Both the position numbers and the translations under genes were made by a program. The notes beneath the pieces are model-generated. The model was not told where the DNA came from and searched no databases. It saw only the letters and a program-made list of their open reading frames with translations. This document shows, in pieces, positions 40,072-53,300 of a DNA stretch of 62,881 nucleotides (positions are counted from its first letter, which is position 1; each line of letters begins with the position of its first letter). The stretch spans positions 1 to 62,881 of the forward strand of contig JALJEE010001958.1 in NCBI GenBank assembly GCA_023231475.1, in the 5' to 3' direction. The stretch is from Seison nebaliae (lineage: Eukaryota).

Positions 40072-40404
40072 TCAACCCATTCTCATGACGAACGACCGGC
40101 CCATACGAGGAATAAATGCTCGACCCATTCTTGGTACGAATGTTCTGGGATGTTTCTGACCTACTGGTAACGTCAAACGTTTCTTCATTGGTTGCATTGC
40201 TAAATAACGATTTAATGCGTTTATCAACTCTTCGTAGACGTTTTGTGTCTCGTTCGGAATGAAATTGTCGTTTTTATATGGTAGAGTTTCTTCCATGAAC
40301 TTGCTTAGCATATCTCGTTCATCTTGAACGGGTAACGAATTGGACAGATTGGTCAACAGCAATAATGATTGAAGAATGAAAAGACAAATGTTGATGGTTG
40401 ACAT
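40072..40404 (-). CDS. Neuropeptide precursor encoding FxPRM-amide (PRXamide/pyrokinin-like) peptides
   Basis: Signal peptide MSTINICLFILQSLLLL, KKR site, then R-TFVPRM-GR-AFIPRM-GR-SFVMRM-G-stop (Gly amide donors with monobasic cleavage). Confidence 0.85.
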   Translation of the reverse strand: MSTINICLFILQSLLLLTNLSNSLPVQDERDMLSKFMEETLPYKNDNFIPNETQNVYEELINALNRYLAMQPMKKRLTLPVGQKHPRTFVPRMGRAFIPRMGRSFVMRMG

Positions 40405-41181
40405 GATCCTGTTGCTCAATAAATCTTTTAGAAATCTGTGAGAAAATGAGAAAAAAGTTTGAGAATTCTTTTCATGTTGAAGTAGGAGGATAATATGATT
40501 AAAATTTATTATTAATTTAAACTAATATCGAATTCGGCAATCATTGTTTAGCGGTAAACAAACAATTCGCCCACATTATCCATGATCTCCCATTTCACTA
40601 ATAGAGGCGAATATTGCCAAAGAAAATTATTTGGCAATTCCATCAATCTTTCGTAATATCAACCGATGTTTCTATAGTAATTGTCATAAAATCGTTGTCA
40701 AAACTATGAATTGAGGAATGGAGAGATCGTTCAACGACGAAATTTCTTTTTCAAGTATCTTCATTATTTCATTAATTCGCAAAAAAACTATTTGTGAAGG
40801 AATTTAGGGAGAAACTTTTGAGTTTTTTCTGTTTGAAAATGAACATCTCATGAACAATGGTTATTAGGACGAACAAATAGAAAATCTCCATTTGTTCCAT
40901 GACGTCTGTCTTGTGAAATTAAGGAAAACAAGCAATAATTATTAAATCAAATGAAGTTTTTGCGAACGAAATTAATATTGATCAAATAAGATGTTTACAT
41001 TTTTCATTAATTCCAAACGAGAAATTGGTTAAACGATTAATAATCGAAGGAGAGAAACACAAAAGAGAGTATATTACATGAATATTGGAACGGATACCTG
41101 ATTAAGGTCTTGTTAGAATTTAGAAAAAAACACACGTATATGTATTTCTTTATCAAGCACAATAGATGTTAATAGAAAAAA

Positions 41182-41532
41182 TCTTTACCAATTATCAGCA
41201 AGAATTAAATGTGCTGCCATCGTTAATCTCTGGCGTATAGCAATGAGTAATTCGTAGTAAAGAAGCTGTTAAGCTATCAGAGGAAATATAATGAAAAATG
41301 TTATAATAATATAATGGACTATGATCGCATGCCTACTAGTTAGATTATTGTATCACCCACTCTTTTTTCCTGCTCATGGCGTCCATTTCCGTTATAACTT
41401 TGTGAGTGTAAATGTGATAATTTATTGGGAGGCTTTTTTAGAACAATTAGTTAGGGAAAATGCCATACGAATGTGAGGGGGGCTAAGCGTCGATAGAAAC
41501 TTCAACACTATGATAAAGCGAATTATTGACAT
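41182..41532 (-). pseudogene. Decayed GPCR-like fragment with several in-frame stops
   Basis: One frame reads MSIIRFIIVL (TM3-end-like) ... IIVHYIIITFFIIFPLIA*QLLYYELLIAIRQR (TM5-like), with five internal stops. Confidence 0.3.
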
Positions 41533-44303
41533 TTCGTTAATAATCGAATCAAATGGAATGTCGTGTCCCGAATCGTATGAATAAGTTGATTTAATTTCTT
41601 TTTATTTTTGAAATAATACTAGAAACAGTTTGAGAAAGAATTGAATTTATTTGATAATCAATTCCTCGAAAATCTTTCAAAAGTTTTGTCTAAAAAATAA
41701 AAGGAATCATAAATGTCTAGAAGAAAACCAATCAAGATTGATATTACGGTGGAAAAATGAAAATCATCTATTTACTATCACATAAAGCATAGTGACATAA
41801 GATTGAATGATATAATTCCTAATAAGATTATTAATGGAAAAGCTAATTAAGTTGTTAGTTCTTGAAGCTGATACTCCATTCTTCGTCAGTTGGAGAGATA
41901 ATAGAAGATTGAATGTGCATAAAGATAACACTAGGTAGTAATATGATAAAATATGACTAATTCTTCCTGTGTGATGAGGACAAGTGAGGAAATAAGTCAA
42001 GAATAATGATGGAAGAATGCCATCGTCTTTAAAATACTCCAAATAAATATTAATTTCTATTTCATAAAACTAATAACTGGAGAGAAATCGTTTGAAATTA
42101 GAAATTTGAGAAAGCTGTTTGGAGTTGACTGAGGAAATTCTCATAAATGATTTTTATGAATGATCTCTACTAATAGAAAACTAATGATGAATTAAGATGG
42201 AATAATGGAGATATGCCCATCTTATTCATAACCAATAATCAGATTTATTTCTTATTTATATTATAAACTTACTTTTACCCAATCTTGTCGATCATCAATC
42301 TTTTCACTGCAATTATCGATGAGATGGAAGCTGTTCTCGAAAGATTATCGTGATGTTCAACTGTCAAAAATATTTATTTGACAATAATATTAGCAGTAAA
42401 AAAAAAGGAGAAATTGAGCAATCCTCTCGTCATTGATCGATATGATGAAAACTTTCAACCTTTGTAAATTATAGGAAAACTATGGAAATAGAAAGTAAGA
42501 AACTACTTGTCAATTGTAATAATTTATACTTATTCTTCCTCGTGTTTATATACCATTTTTATAATCGTCATATTGACAGACAAAAAAGAAATGGAAACAA
42601 TTATGTATTTAGATAAGTAAAAATTAATCGACTACCAATTTACGTGTTCAACACTTAGGAAGACATGAATTTGGAAAGATGAAATAGATCAATTTGTTAG
42701 GAAATGTTAACTCATTCCAATTATACAGTATTTGCATGTTAAAATTCATCTATGCTTGAAAACATGAAAATTTTCTAATTTACAATCGAATTTTCGTTCG
42801 AACACGTTTATCTTAACAATGTCCTCCGAACGATTAGAACAATTCATTTAAATGTTATCACTACTTTTCATTCTTAATATTAACTTATCTTTAATAACAA
42901 TTGTCTTGCGATTCTAACATCACCATCATTTGCACATATTATTCTTGCTGAAATATTCTTATTAAATTGATCAATTTACATTCTTCTTCATACACAAGCC
43001 TTTGACGATTAAATGTAAATGAGACATGTAATTAGTATGTCTAAAAATTCATTTTAGCATTCTGTGAACAAATAGAACTTCCAATTCTATGCGTGGGAAT
43101 GGAAAAGATAATCATATTGATAATGAAAGTCACATATTTTGCACATAGTCCCTCATTCTAAAATTAATGTTGGTAAGAAACAAACCGTTTTTAAAACAGC
43201 ATTTTTTTTCTACCATCATCCAATAATTACACAAACTTCTTCAAAAAAATTTTTTGAGGAGGTTAGGGTTCTTTAAAGTTAATATAATTATTTATTATTA
43301 TTAATTAGTTGTGGTTATGTTTATAATGTATGTTGTCATTTTATTAATAATATTTATTCTTTTTATGAATTCTCTTGTAATTTATAATTATTTTCTAAGG
43401 ATGCTTCATATAAAATCTTCAATAATATCCTTCATTTTTTTGAATCAGTTGTGAGCATAATCGGGGCACTAACAAATATATTAATTGTAGAAACACCAAA
43501 TTGTACTGAAATAATTAATAAGATTTTTTTACAACAGTTTCCAATTTTTCCGAAAGAATAAAGTTTATCCACCTGAATTAAATCATTATAATTAGTTCGT
43601 TTAATCTCGCAATCCTAACCAGGATGATTGAACTTATTGTTGGTGGACTAATAAAAATATACAGTTATGTATCTCCGTTAGAAAATTTAAGCATTCGAGT
43701 GAATCTAACGAAAATAATTATTGTAGTATCCACTTAAGATGATATGCTACAGATTTTCACAATTTTCTTTGTTGCTAGAAAAAATTAATAATTTTATTTT
43801 TAGATATGTTTAAAATTAATTTCATAAAATTAATCGCTACAAATAATTAAACTTACAAGTTACGATCGCTACTTGTTAGTGTTATAACATTTAAAATAGG
43901 AAAGTAAATAAACGGACTATAAGAATAAATAACTTGCGGACATGTAAAACGGTGAAGAAACTTTACGCAGTAGTTGGATCAGCGTTCTTGGGTGGTTCCA
44001 TAATTTTGAAACCTACTGATAATTCACACTCATAATTGGAAACTCGAAATTATTGAGATTGCAAAGGTTTGAATTTTCAAGCTTACTCCAATTGGTTCAG
44101 TAAAGTTTGTTTACGATGAAAGCTAAAATTTTGAAAAGATAATGAAGATGAAATTTATTGGAGAATAAGGAAGTGTGCGAGTAAACGAAGGAGGTGAATA
44201 CATTTTTTGTTTTTGAATAATATGATAATAAATATATTCTGCAATTTCAGTACTTTTGAAAAAGAAGGTGAACAATTTTCAGAAAGATATTTTTGGTTTA
44301 ATA

Positions 44304-47300
44304 ATGGATGCCGAAGTGGAATGGAAGAATCCAGTGAATGGAATTCAAGTGAAAGAAGAGAAGTTTGATGAAGGAGAAATGTACAAAGAGAAGGATGTAA
44401 ATAAGATGTCGATGAGTGATATAATGAGAGATCGTGTGACTGAAATAGAAAAGTTATGTCTCTCCTCTAATCTACCCGCAACGAATGAATGTCTGGGACT
44501 AATGAGTGAAATTAATCTACCGAAAAGTCTCATGGATAGTAGTTATATCAAATACTTATATCATTCGATGTTGATGACGCATTGGAAAGTAGCGAATCAT
44601 CATCTACTTTCCCAGAAGATGTTGGATACCCAAGAGAAAATTCCCAAGATTAACGACACGAGTGAAGGAAGAGAAGAAATAAATTATGTGATGAATCCAT
44701 TCGATCCTCATCAATTGAGAGAAGTCTATCTCTCCAAAGAAGTCAATGAAAATGGAAAATTATTCCATACGATGGAGGAGAGGACTTTATTCAAATTCTT
44801 CGTTCAAGCATATTCAGCTCTTTGTCGATGGAGAGAATTTCTTTATTATTTAATGGGCAGAGAGAAAGAATATGAAGAAGAATTGAAAACTTTCCAAAAT
44901 GAAAATCGAGTTACAGAATTGGTGGATAATGAAGAAGTGAATGATGTGAGTATGAGTGGGAGGAGTATGAGGAAGAGATTGAACATTAAAAGTTTAATCA
45001 ACGACGAGTTGAGTGACGACGATTTTAATGATTCGAAAGATCTGGGAACGATGAATGATGATATGGAAATGAATATTCGATTGAAGAAACAAGAAATTTT
45101 AGAATCAGAGATTTATGATGATGATGATAATGATGAAGATTATGTTGAAAATAAAATATTATCGTCAGACGATGGTGATGATTCAGTTGATTCGAATGAA
45201 TCGGATGTCGATGGATCGAAAGGATTGAGTAGTGATGAAGATGGAGAGAAAGATAGTTTACTCGATTTAAATGATGAAGTGATCGATATGAGAAAAGATT
45301 CGTCTACGACAACACATAAGAAACAACGATTAGAATCATTCAAATCGACACAATCTGGTTGTTCGGTTGATGAAGGAAATGACATTATTTCCGTCTGTAC
45401 AAGAAAATATAAATTATCATTAAAAAAAATTATTCGGAATCTTCATCTTCCGAATATTTTCTTTCCGAGATATAATTCGATTTATTTGTTGAATCATCTC
45501 TTCAATAAACGAGTTCAAATGGGTAATGGTTGGAAGAAGAATTTGAATTTGGGAGATTGTTTACGTGAAAGATTCGTTTTCTCTTCTAATGATGAAGATC
45601 ATTGTTTCTTTTATTCACTCATTGATCCAACATGTGTTCAAATAACAAATTCATTTGAAGAATTAATGAATTTATTGAAAGATTTAGATAAGAATCCATC
45701 GATCGAATTGAAATTTGATCAATTCAACAATTATTGGAATATTATGGAATGTGTTGAGAAGAAGCAACATCAAATGATGGAACAAACGAAAAGAAATAAT
45801 CAGAAACGAGGACCGAAAAAATCGAAAAGTAAACGTGGAAGAAAAAAGAAGAATATCAAATCGGAAGTGAATGATGTTGAAATGAAGGAAGTAGAAGAAA
45901 TAAATAATGAAATTAATTCTTTCTTACCAATCGATCTTTGTACTCTCGATTCATTACCGTTGATTAATAATGAGATGATATGTAAATCGATAAAAGAAAT
46001 ATTTGAGAAATTTACAATCGAACAAATTTTATTTGCGTCTCAATTGATTCTAATGGAGAAGATGGAGAAGAAATTTGATGAATTAAAAGAGAATTTGAAG
46101 GAAGAAGAGAAAATTGAAACGGAGAAAGAAACCGTTCGAAAATCATCAAGTTCACGACGTCGTGGACGACCAAGTCTTGGGAATGTCCAACATAAATCGA
46201 AGAGTTTTGAAGAGAAGACGAAAAATCGAGAGAATAATATAATAATAGGTCGAATGTTGCCGTTTGAGAACGATTGTTTATCATTACTCTTCTATTTACC
46301 GCTACGTCTCATTCAGAAAGAATATACGACATCAATCTTCTCATGGAAAGAAGAGGAGAATGATAAATTAAAAATGTTTTCCGATCTTCCCATCGACGAA
46401 CATCAACGATTCTCTTATTTTATTCATTCGTATTTTTTGGATAAATTTTATGAAAATTATTTCTCATCAACTTCATCGAATAAAGTGGAGGAATTGACGA
46501 CAAATGTTGAAGTGATGAATGAAGACGAAAAGATTGAGAATGAAGCGACAAAATGTGAAATAAATTTGGTGGTGAACGATCTGGTGGGAGAAGTGGATAT
46601 GGATACGAAAGATGGAAAGCAAATGAATTTAATTCAACTATTTTCAGATGAGACGATCGATCGACTTTATTTAACGAATCTACAACGAAGATTGAATGAG
46701 AAGGAATGGTTCGACCTTGATGAGAAAGAACAAATGTTATTTGAAATGTTGACGAGTGTGAAATGTGAACGGAATTTAATCAATATCGTCCAATTGTTGG
46801 AATTACCACCGAATGTTTTACATTTAAATGATTATATCGAATTCATCGATGATGGATCGATAGAGAAATGTTTCGTATGTGAAATAACACTTACTACTCG
46901 TATCTGCATTGAGAATATTGATGGGAAGACATTTCCTTTATGTGAGAAATGTGAAGATAATTTTCGATTTATTTTCCAACAAAACACTTCGAAAACATTC
47001 AACCAAATATGTGAATATGGAGCAAATTTATCAGGTATTATGTGTTACGATATAACATCATGTTATCTCTTAAATGATTGTCGTAATTGTTTCGTTCATC
47101 TTATCATAAAGAATTTTAGTTGGTGTGAATCATTTAAGATAAATCCGATGTCATTCGATCCATCAAATATAAAAAATTCTACATCGACTGATGAATTGAT
47201 TTATGATAATTGTCTCATTTATATTAATCGCAAATTGAGTCGATCAGTTAAAGAGAATTATTTATCACAATCGAATTGTATTTGCATTCCAACTAATATC

Positions 47301-50300
47301 AATTTCCAATCAGGAATTCATCGAAAAAATCGACGATTTAATCATTTGATTTCAACAATTCGACATATCGACGAGAATTCCAAAAGGAAATTCTTCAATT
47401 TCATTGAAGATCAATTCGATGTGTTGGAAGAGGTGATGGATCGATGTTTATCCTTCTATTCAATGACAACGGAATTATTCGATGATGATCGATTAGAACA
47501 ATTTTTCCCGAAACTTAATAAATCGAAATCAATTATTCCCAAACCTGTTATTAAACAGGAATTAATGGATAATATGAATTATCAACATCGAATAAATGGA
47601 GATGGAAAAATCGTAAGAATGACAAGTTCTCCAACTGATTCATTTAATGGCGATAAAATGGTGGGAGATCGTCATGATTATCAATCCAACGAATATTTGA
47701 ATAATAGTGAGAATAGATTATATGAAACTCAATTTAATGGACAAACAAATTCGAATTATTCTAATGACGAAAATATTAATATAACAGAAGAAGACGATAA
47801 TTTGTCGATTGGAAGTAATTTAAATTTTGTGGATGAAAGTTCAATGGGAGAGAATAAATTTACTAATTCGATATATTCTCATTCGAATTATTCGAATGAT
47901 TATCAATCATCTGAAATGGCACCATCAATTCAACATCATCATAATCCACATCAAGACAAATCGTCACCAAATCAATCTCTAATGAATATGACAAATATCG
48001 ATAAATCATACATGATGGAATCGAGAAATAATATGAATTTTGATATGACAAATAACAATAATATCGTTCAAGATATTCCATCTCATCATCAACAAAGACA
48101 ATCATGTTCATATAATGAAGGATATCAATCAAATAATTTTCATCAAACGGATGATGATATAACGAAGAATTATGATTATGGATATGATCAGAATGATAAA
48201 AGTGATGGAACTTATATTGGTACAATTCCTGAAAGTGAATTTATCAGTTTCCAATCACCACATTCAACCGAATCAGAAATGTCTGATGAAGAAATCACAT
48301 TTAACAATTATCCTCCAAGTAATAATTCGGAAGAGAATTTCATGAGAAATGTTATTGAGCCAGTAGTGGACGAACCAACTAAACCATTAGAGAAAGTGAA
48401 AAAGAAGAGAGGACCAAAACCGAAAAATTCGGATTTATCAAAGAAAATGAGTACGACTTCCAAACCATCTACATCGAAAAAGAAATCGTTATTTGAAGAT
48501 TGTGTAAAAAAACCGAAAAAACGAGGACGACCAAAAGGAGTGACAAAGAAATCTACAAAAGACGATAAGAGTCAAATAGAAAGTGAAGAGAATCAAGAGA
48601 AAATAGATGAGGAAGAAAATGTTCAAGATCCTTTTGCCAAATTCAAAGAATTGAAGGATCAACATCAGAACGAATTGAAAGACAAAGTCTCTTCGTCGTT
48701 GAATTCGGAGAAGAGACGTCGAAAACGGAAACACAAAGATTTCTCTGATTTCGTCACAACCACCGACGACGGAACAATTGGAGGAATTGGTGAGGTCTCC
48801 ATTTCCCAAAGAATTAAAGATATGACGAATATGAATACTGACGATATTGACATGGAAGAGGTAAATATGGAAACGAGAAATGATAAAGATATCGATCATG
48901 ATTATGGTGAATTGATCGAGAATGTTAATCAGGTTGATGGAATGGATTATTTCACTTACTCAATCAAAAGAGCTAGAAGACTACACGATATTGCCACACA
49001 GAATTGTCGAGAACAATTAAATGCTGATTTCTTAAGAAATCAAACGATGTGGCTCTATTGGTTTAGATCAACGGGGAAATTAATGTGGGAACGTTTAATT
49101 CATTTTGGGAAATATTTCGGAATTTCTGATGAGAAGAAACTTTTGTCATTATTTTTACAACACTATAAATACAACAATATCTTCGATGATCAATCAATCC
49201 GTCAAGAAACATCAGGATTGATGGATAAAAAACGGAAACGAAGAAATTCTAGTTCTGATAAAAAATATTTGACGAATCGTCTAAAAGTTTTATCTTATGA
49301 AATCATTGATAAATCAACACAAACGAATGTTTCATTCAGTTCGAAGAAGAATAAGAAAATTCATATGACGACTATGCCAAACATTTCATCATCATTATCA
49401 TCATCATCGTCATCTTCTTCTCATGTCAATAATTTTTCTCAAACGAACACAGATGATTTATATCAGATGAAAGTGAATCTAATATCAACCGATCAATCAG
49501 CTCGTTATAATCAATTGGCACATAATCAATTCCAACAACAACAACAGAAATTTAATAATACCAATATAAATAATGTGACGGATCATAATCAATTGAAAAA
49601 TTATTATGGGAAATTGATGGAGAATAATAATACAAATCGTCGAAATAAACAACAAGAATCGACGAATGATTTTACATTTGAAGATGAATTGAATTCTTAT
49701 GAATTGGAGAAATGTAAATTAAAGAGTCTCATCAAATTTAGTTCATTATCAGAATCAGAAAATAATCAATTCGATTCTTTAAATTCAAAGAAAATCTTTA
49801 AATTTAATTTTGTTGATTATAACAAATTTTTGACAAAGAATTTTCCCGTTCATCAATTTCAATCAATTATCATGAAACATTATTCATCTAACGTCATTCC
49901 AAATGATGACCTCCTTCCACTTTGTCGATTATGTTCGTCGCCTGTTTTGGTCGAAGATAACGAAGACATTTGTGACAATTCTCCTTTCTTTGATTCAGTT
50001 TAGTTTATCTCATTTCTTCTTTCGTTTATTCACATTTTTCTATATTGATATACATATTAACATTTCTCTTAATAAATCAACTTCTCTTTCTCTTCATCAT
50101 CAAATATTAAATTGAATATCTAATTTATCTTTTTTTCTTCTTTCCCCTTCCCTCTCTCTCTCTATCTCTCTCTCTCTTCAGACGATTCGCTGTGCGGTTT
50201 GTTGTGAATTTGTACATTTGTCATGTCTCGGTAGTATCTGCTCGATTTCCAACCGTCATTGGGACCATATTCGCCAATGGATTTGTTATGATTGTCGTTC

Positions 50301-53300
50301 CTGTGATGAATGTGGTGGAGACGAAGATTATCAATTCCATCATTCATATCGTCAAACAGTCAATGAACACCAGAATCTCATAAATTCTTCATTAAATTTC
50401 ATTGATCGTTTATCTTTAATTTATCACAATCTATCCAATGATGACGAGATGAAGAAGGATGAAAGTGACAGTAGAAAGAAGAGAAAGAAGAAGGAGAACA
50501 TGGAAAATTTAAAGAAATTATCATTCGAATTCATCAAATGTGAAGGAATTGAGAATGATAATAAATTTGATCAATTTTTATGTTGTGATTTATGTCAGAA
50601 ATCTTTCCATACTTCATGTCTCCCACATTCATATCTCTTCGAATATCTGAATGATATTAATGTCAAATTTATCGGATTCATCGCTGCGAAGTCGGCAAGA
50701 AATGCAACTGAAATTTTCGAACATTTGTCCACCAAATCGATCAATCGTCAAATTCCGTTTACGAGGGATAATCTGATGGAATTGGATCAGTTGATTGATG
50801 ATATTCAACTATATTTACCAATTAATTCCAATTCTATGTCGACCAATTTGAATAACGAGGAACATAATCAACAAATATCGAGGAAAATTTTAAATGAATA
50901 CGAACCGTCATTGGAGAATCTTTCCGGTTTTCTCACTTCTCACACCTTATTGAAGTTGAAGGGATTGGAAACATTAAATTTTCATGGAGAACGAGATCTC
51001 TCCGATAGAATGTTCATTCTCATTTATCTCCTTCGATCCATTTCCTTCTTATTTCATCGACGGAACTGTCATGGAAATATGAAACAATTTGATGAAATTA
51101 AATCGATCCAATACAGAATCATTAGAAAGAAATTGGAGAATATTGAAGATATCGATTTAGTGAAATTATTATTCACATTCAATTTCGTCACATATTCAAT
51201 TGGAGCAAATTATCTTAATCTCATCAATTGGCGCGATGTCATGTTTCAGGAAATTTTATCGACAATTCCTGAATCATTACAATTTATTTATTATCAGTTT
51301 CTCTCATTTGAACGATTCTGTTGTAAATCATGTTGTCAATCGTTGTCATTCAATCTCTTTAACGTCTTCCAAAATAATTATCGTCCAACTTTCCATCTGA
51401 AACATCAGCAAAGTCATATATTAACTGATTCGAAAATCGTAATTTCTCCATCGAAGAAATCGAATAAGAAAAAGAAATTTCATGATCGACGATCTAATCA
51501 AATTTATTTTCAAGCAATTCTCAATGGAATCGATTATCCGAGATCTAATATACTTCTCGATTCCATTCAACTAGTTGAAGAGAAACGGAAAAATGCTTTG
51601 GAGAAACATAGTCAAATTTCATTATATAAAGACAGTGATCAGAAAAGTGGAAAACGATTCAAAGATAAGAAATCGTTCCAATTCTTCGATATCTCTTCGA
51701 AGATTTCTAATATCTTCTTAACGGATGAAGATGTTAGTTGTGTTGAGGAAATGTGTAATACATGTAAAGGAATAATAAATGATGATGAAGCTAAACTGAA
51801 ATGTGATGATTGTTCAACTTATCAACATTCGTATTGTGAGAATATCACCGAATTTGAACATCATCTAATTAAAGATTATTATCTCTGTAAAAAATGTTAT
51901 GATGACGATAAGAATGAAAATAAAGATGCTCTTAAACTCAATGAGATCAAGATGATGATCCCGAAATATAAGGAAGAATTGATAAAGAAAAAAGAGAATT
52001 TCTTTTATCATTCCTTAAACATATTGAACGATTCATCGATCTCCAAAAAATTTATGTTTCATAAAGAAATTGAAGAAAAATCTGAAATTTTCTTTAAATT
52101 TCCTTTCGATTTACTCGTTCGATTCTTCGAAAGACTATTCAATTTAATCACGAATGAATTAAACGAAATAATTCCGTTCAATCTTTCCGAATTGTTAGAA
52201 TTTGAGAATGTGGAAAGTTTAATACCAGAATTTGAAAGTAACTCAAATATTTTAGTGTTCAATCATCAGACATTGGACCTCATTGAACTGATGGTCAGAG
52301 AAGAGCAAATAATAATTCAATTTAATTTCCATAATCTAAAACAATTAAAAGCGAAGGAATATTGGAAATTTATCAATGATTTATGGAAAACGAAATTCTC
52401 CAATTTCACTTCCATCCATTTCTCTTTCGAGCAATTCAATCAAATATTGACAGTATCTTTGAACGAATTCCTTCGAACTACTACCTCAACTAATAATCAG
52501 TTGATTATGAATCATATCAATTGTTTATTGTTGATTTTCGAAGAAGTGTTATCATATAAACGATTAGTTGGAACGGATCAATATATTATTCACCAGAAAT
52601 TGCATAATATTTTAAAAGAATTAAATGAAACTTCAACAACTTTACAAATCGAAAAATTTCATCATTATATTTATTCGATTTGGTTCAATCAATTGTCCAA
52701 ACGGAATGATAATGATTTTATTCAATTTTTTCGTTCAATCACATTTCCTTTAACGTCGAAAATGATCGAAAGATTGAAAGAATTCAATGTTTATAATCAG
52801 ATATTGAAGAAGAAAACATTTCTGGAATTAACAACAGAACAACTCGATTATTTTTATGGCGATGACAATTTATCCTCGAACGAAGAGATCGATATAAAAT
52901 TGAGTGATATTAAGTTATTGGAGAGTATTGACCATGTGAATGAAATGAAATTGATTAGTTCAAAAAAAATTAAAAATGATCCGATTGGAAATTGTATTAA
53001 TGATCTCATTGAAATGACAATGGATGAAGTAAATAAAGTGAATGTAATAGAAGATGAAATAAAAGAAATGTTAAATGGAATTTGTAATTCTGTTGCTGTC
53101 GAACATTCGTTGATGAAGAAAGCTGTGATGAATTCGGTAGATATCATTTCATCTAAACAACGTGAAGATGAGACACTTGCTCATCTTCGTCATTTATTGA
53201 ATGATGCTATCGAACACGAAATCTCTTCCGTCGATTATATTTTACAAACGATCACTTGTCGTTTGTGTCATCAGAGTTTATTACATTCTGATGTAAACTT

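Noticed and set aside
33640..44304. Acceptor-like AGs just upstream of the start codons of UGDH, the neuropeptide and trx, suggesting SL trans-splicing or operons
   Set aside because: Each has a plausible cis donor a short distance upstream, so ordinary 5'UTR introns suffice. No SL RNA was seen.
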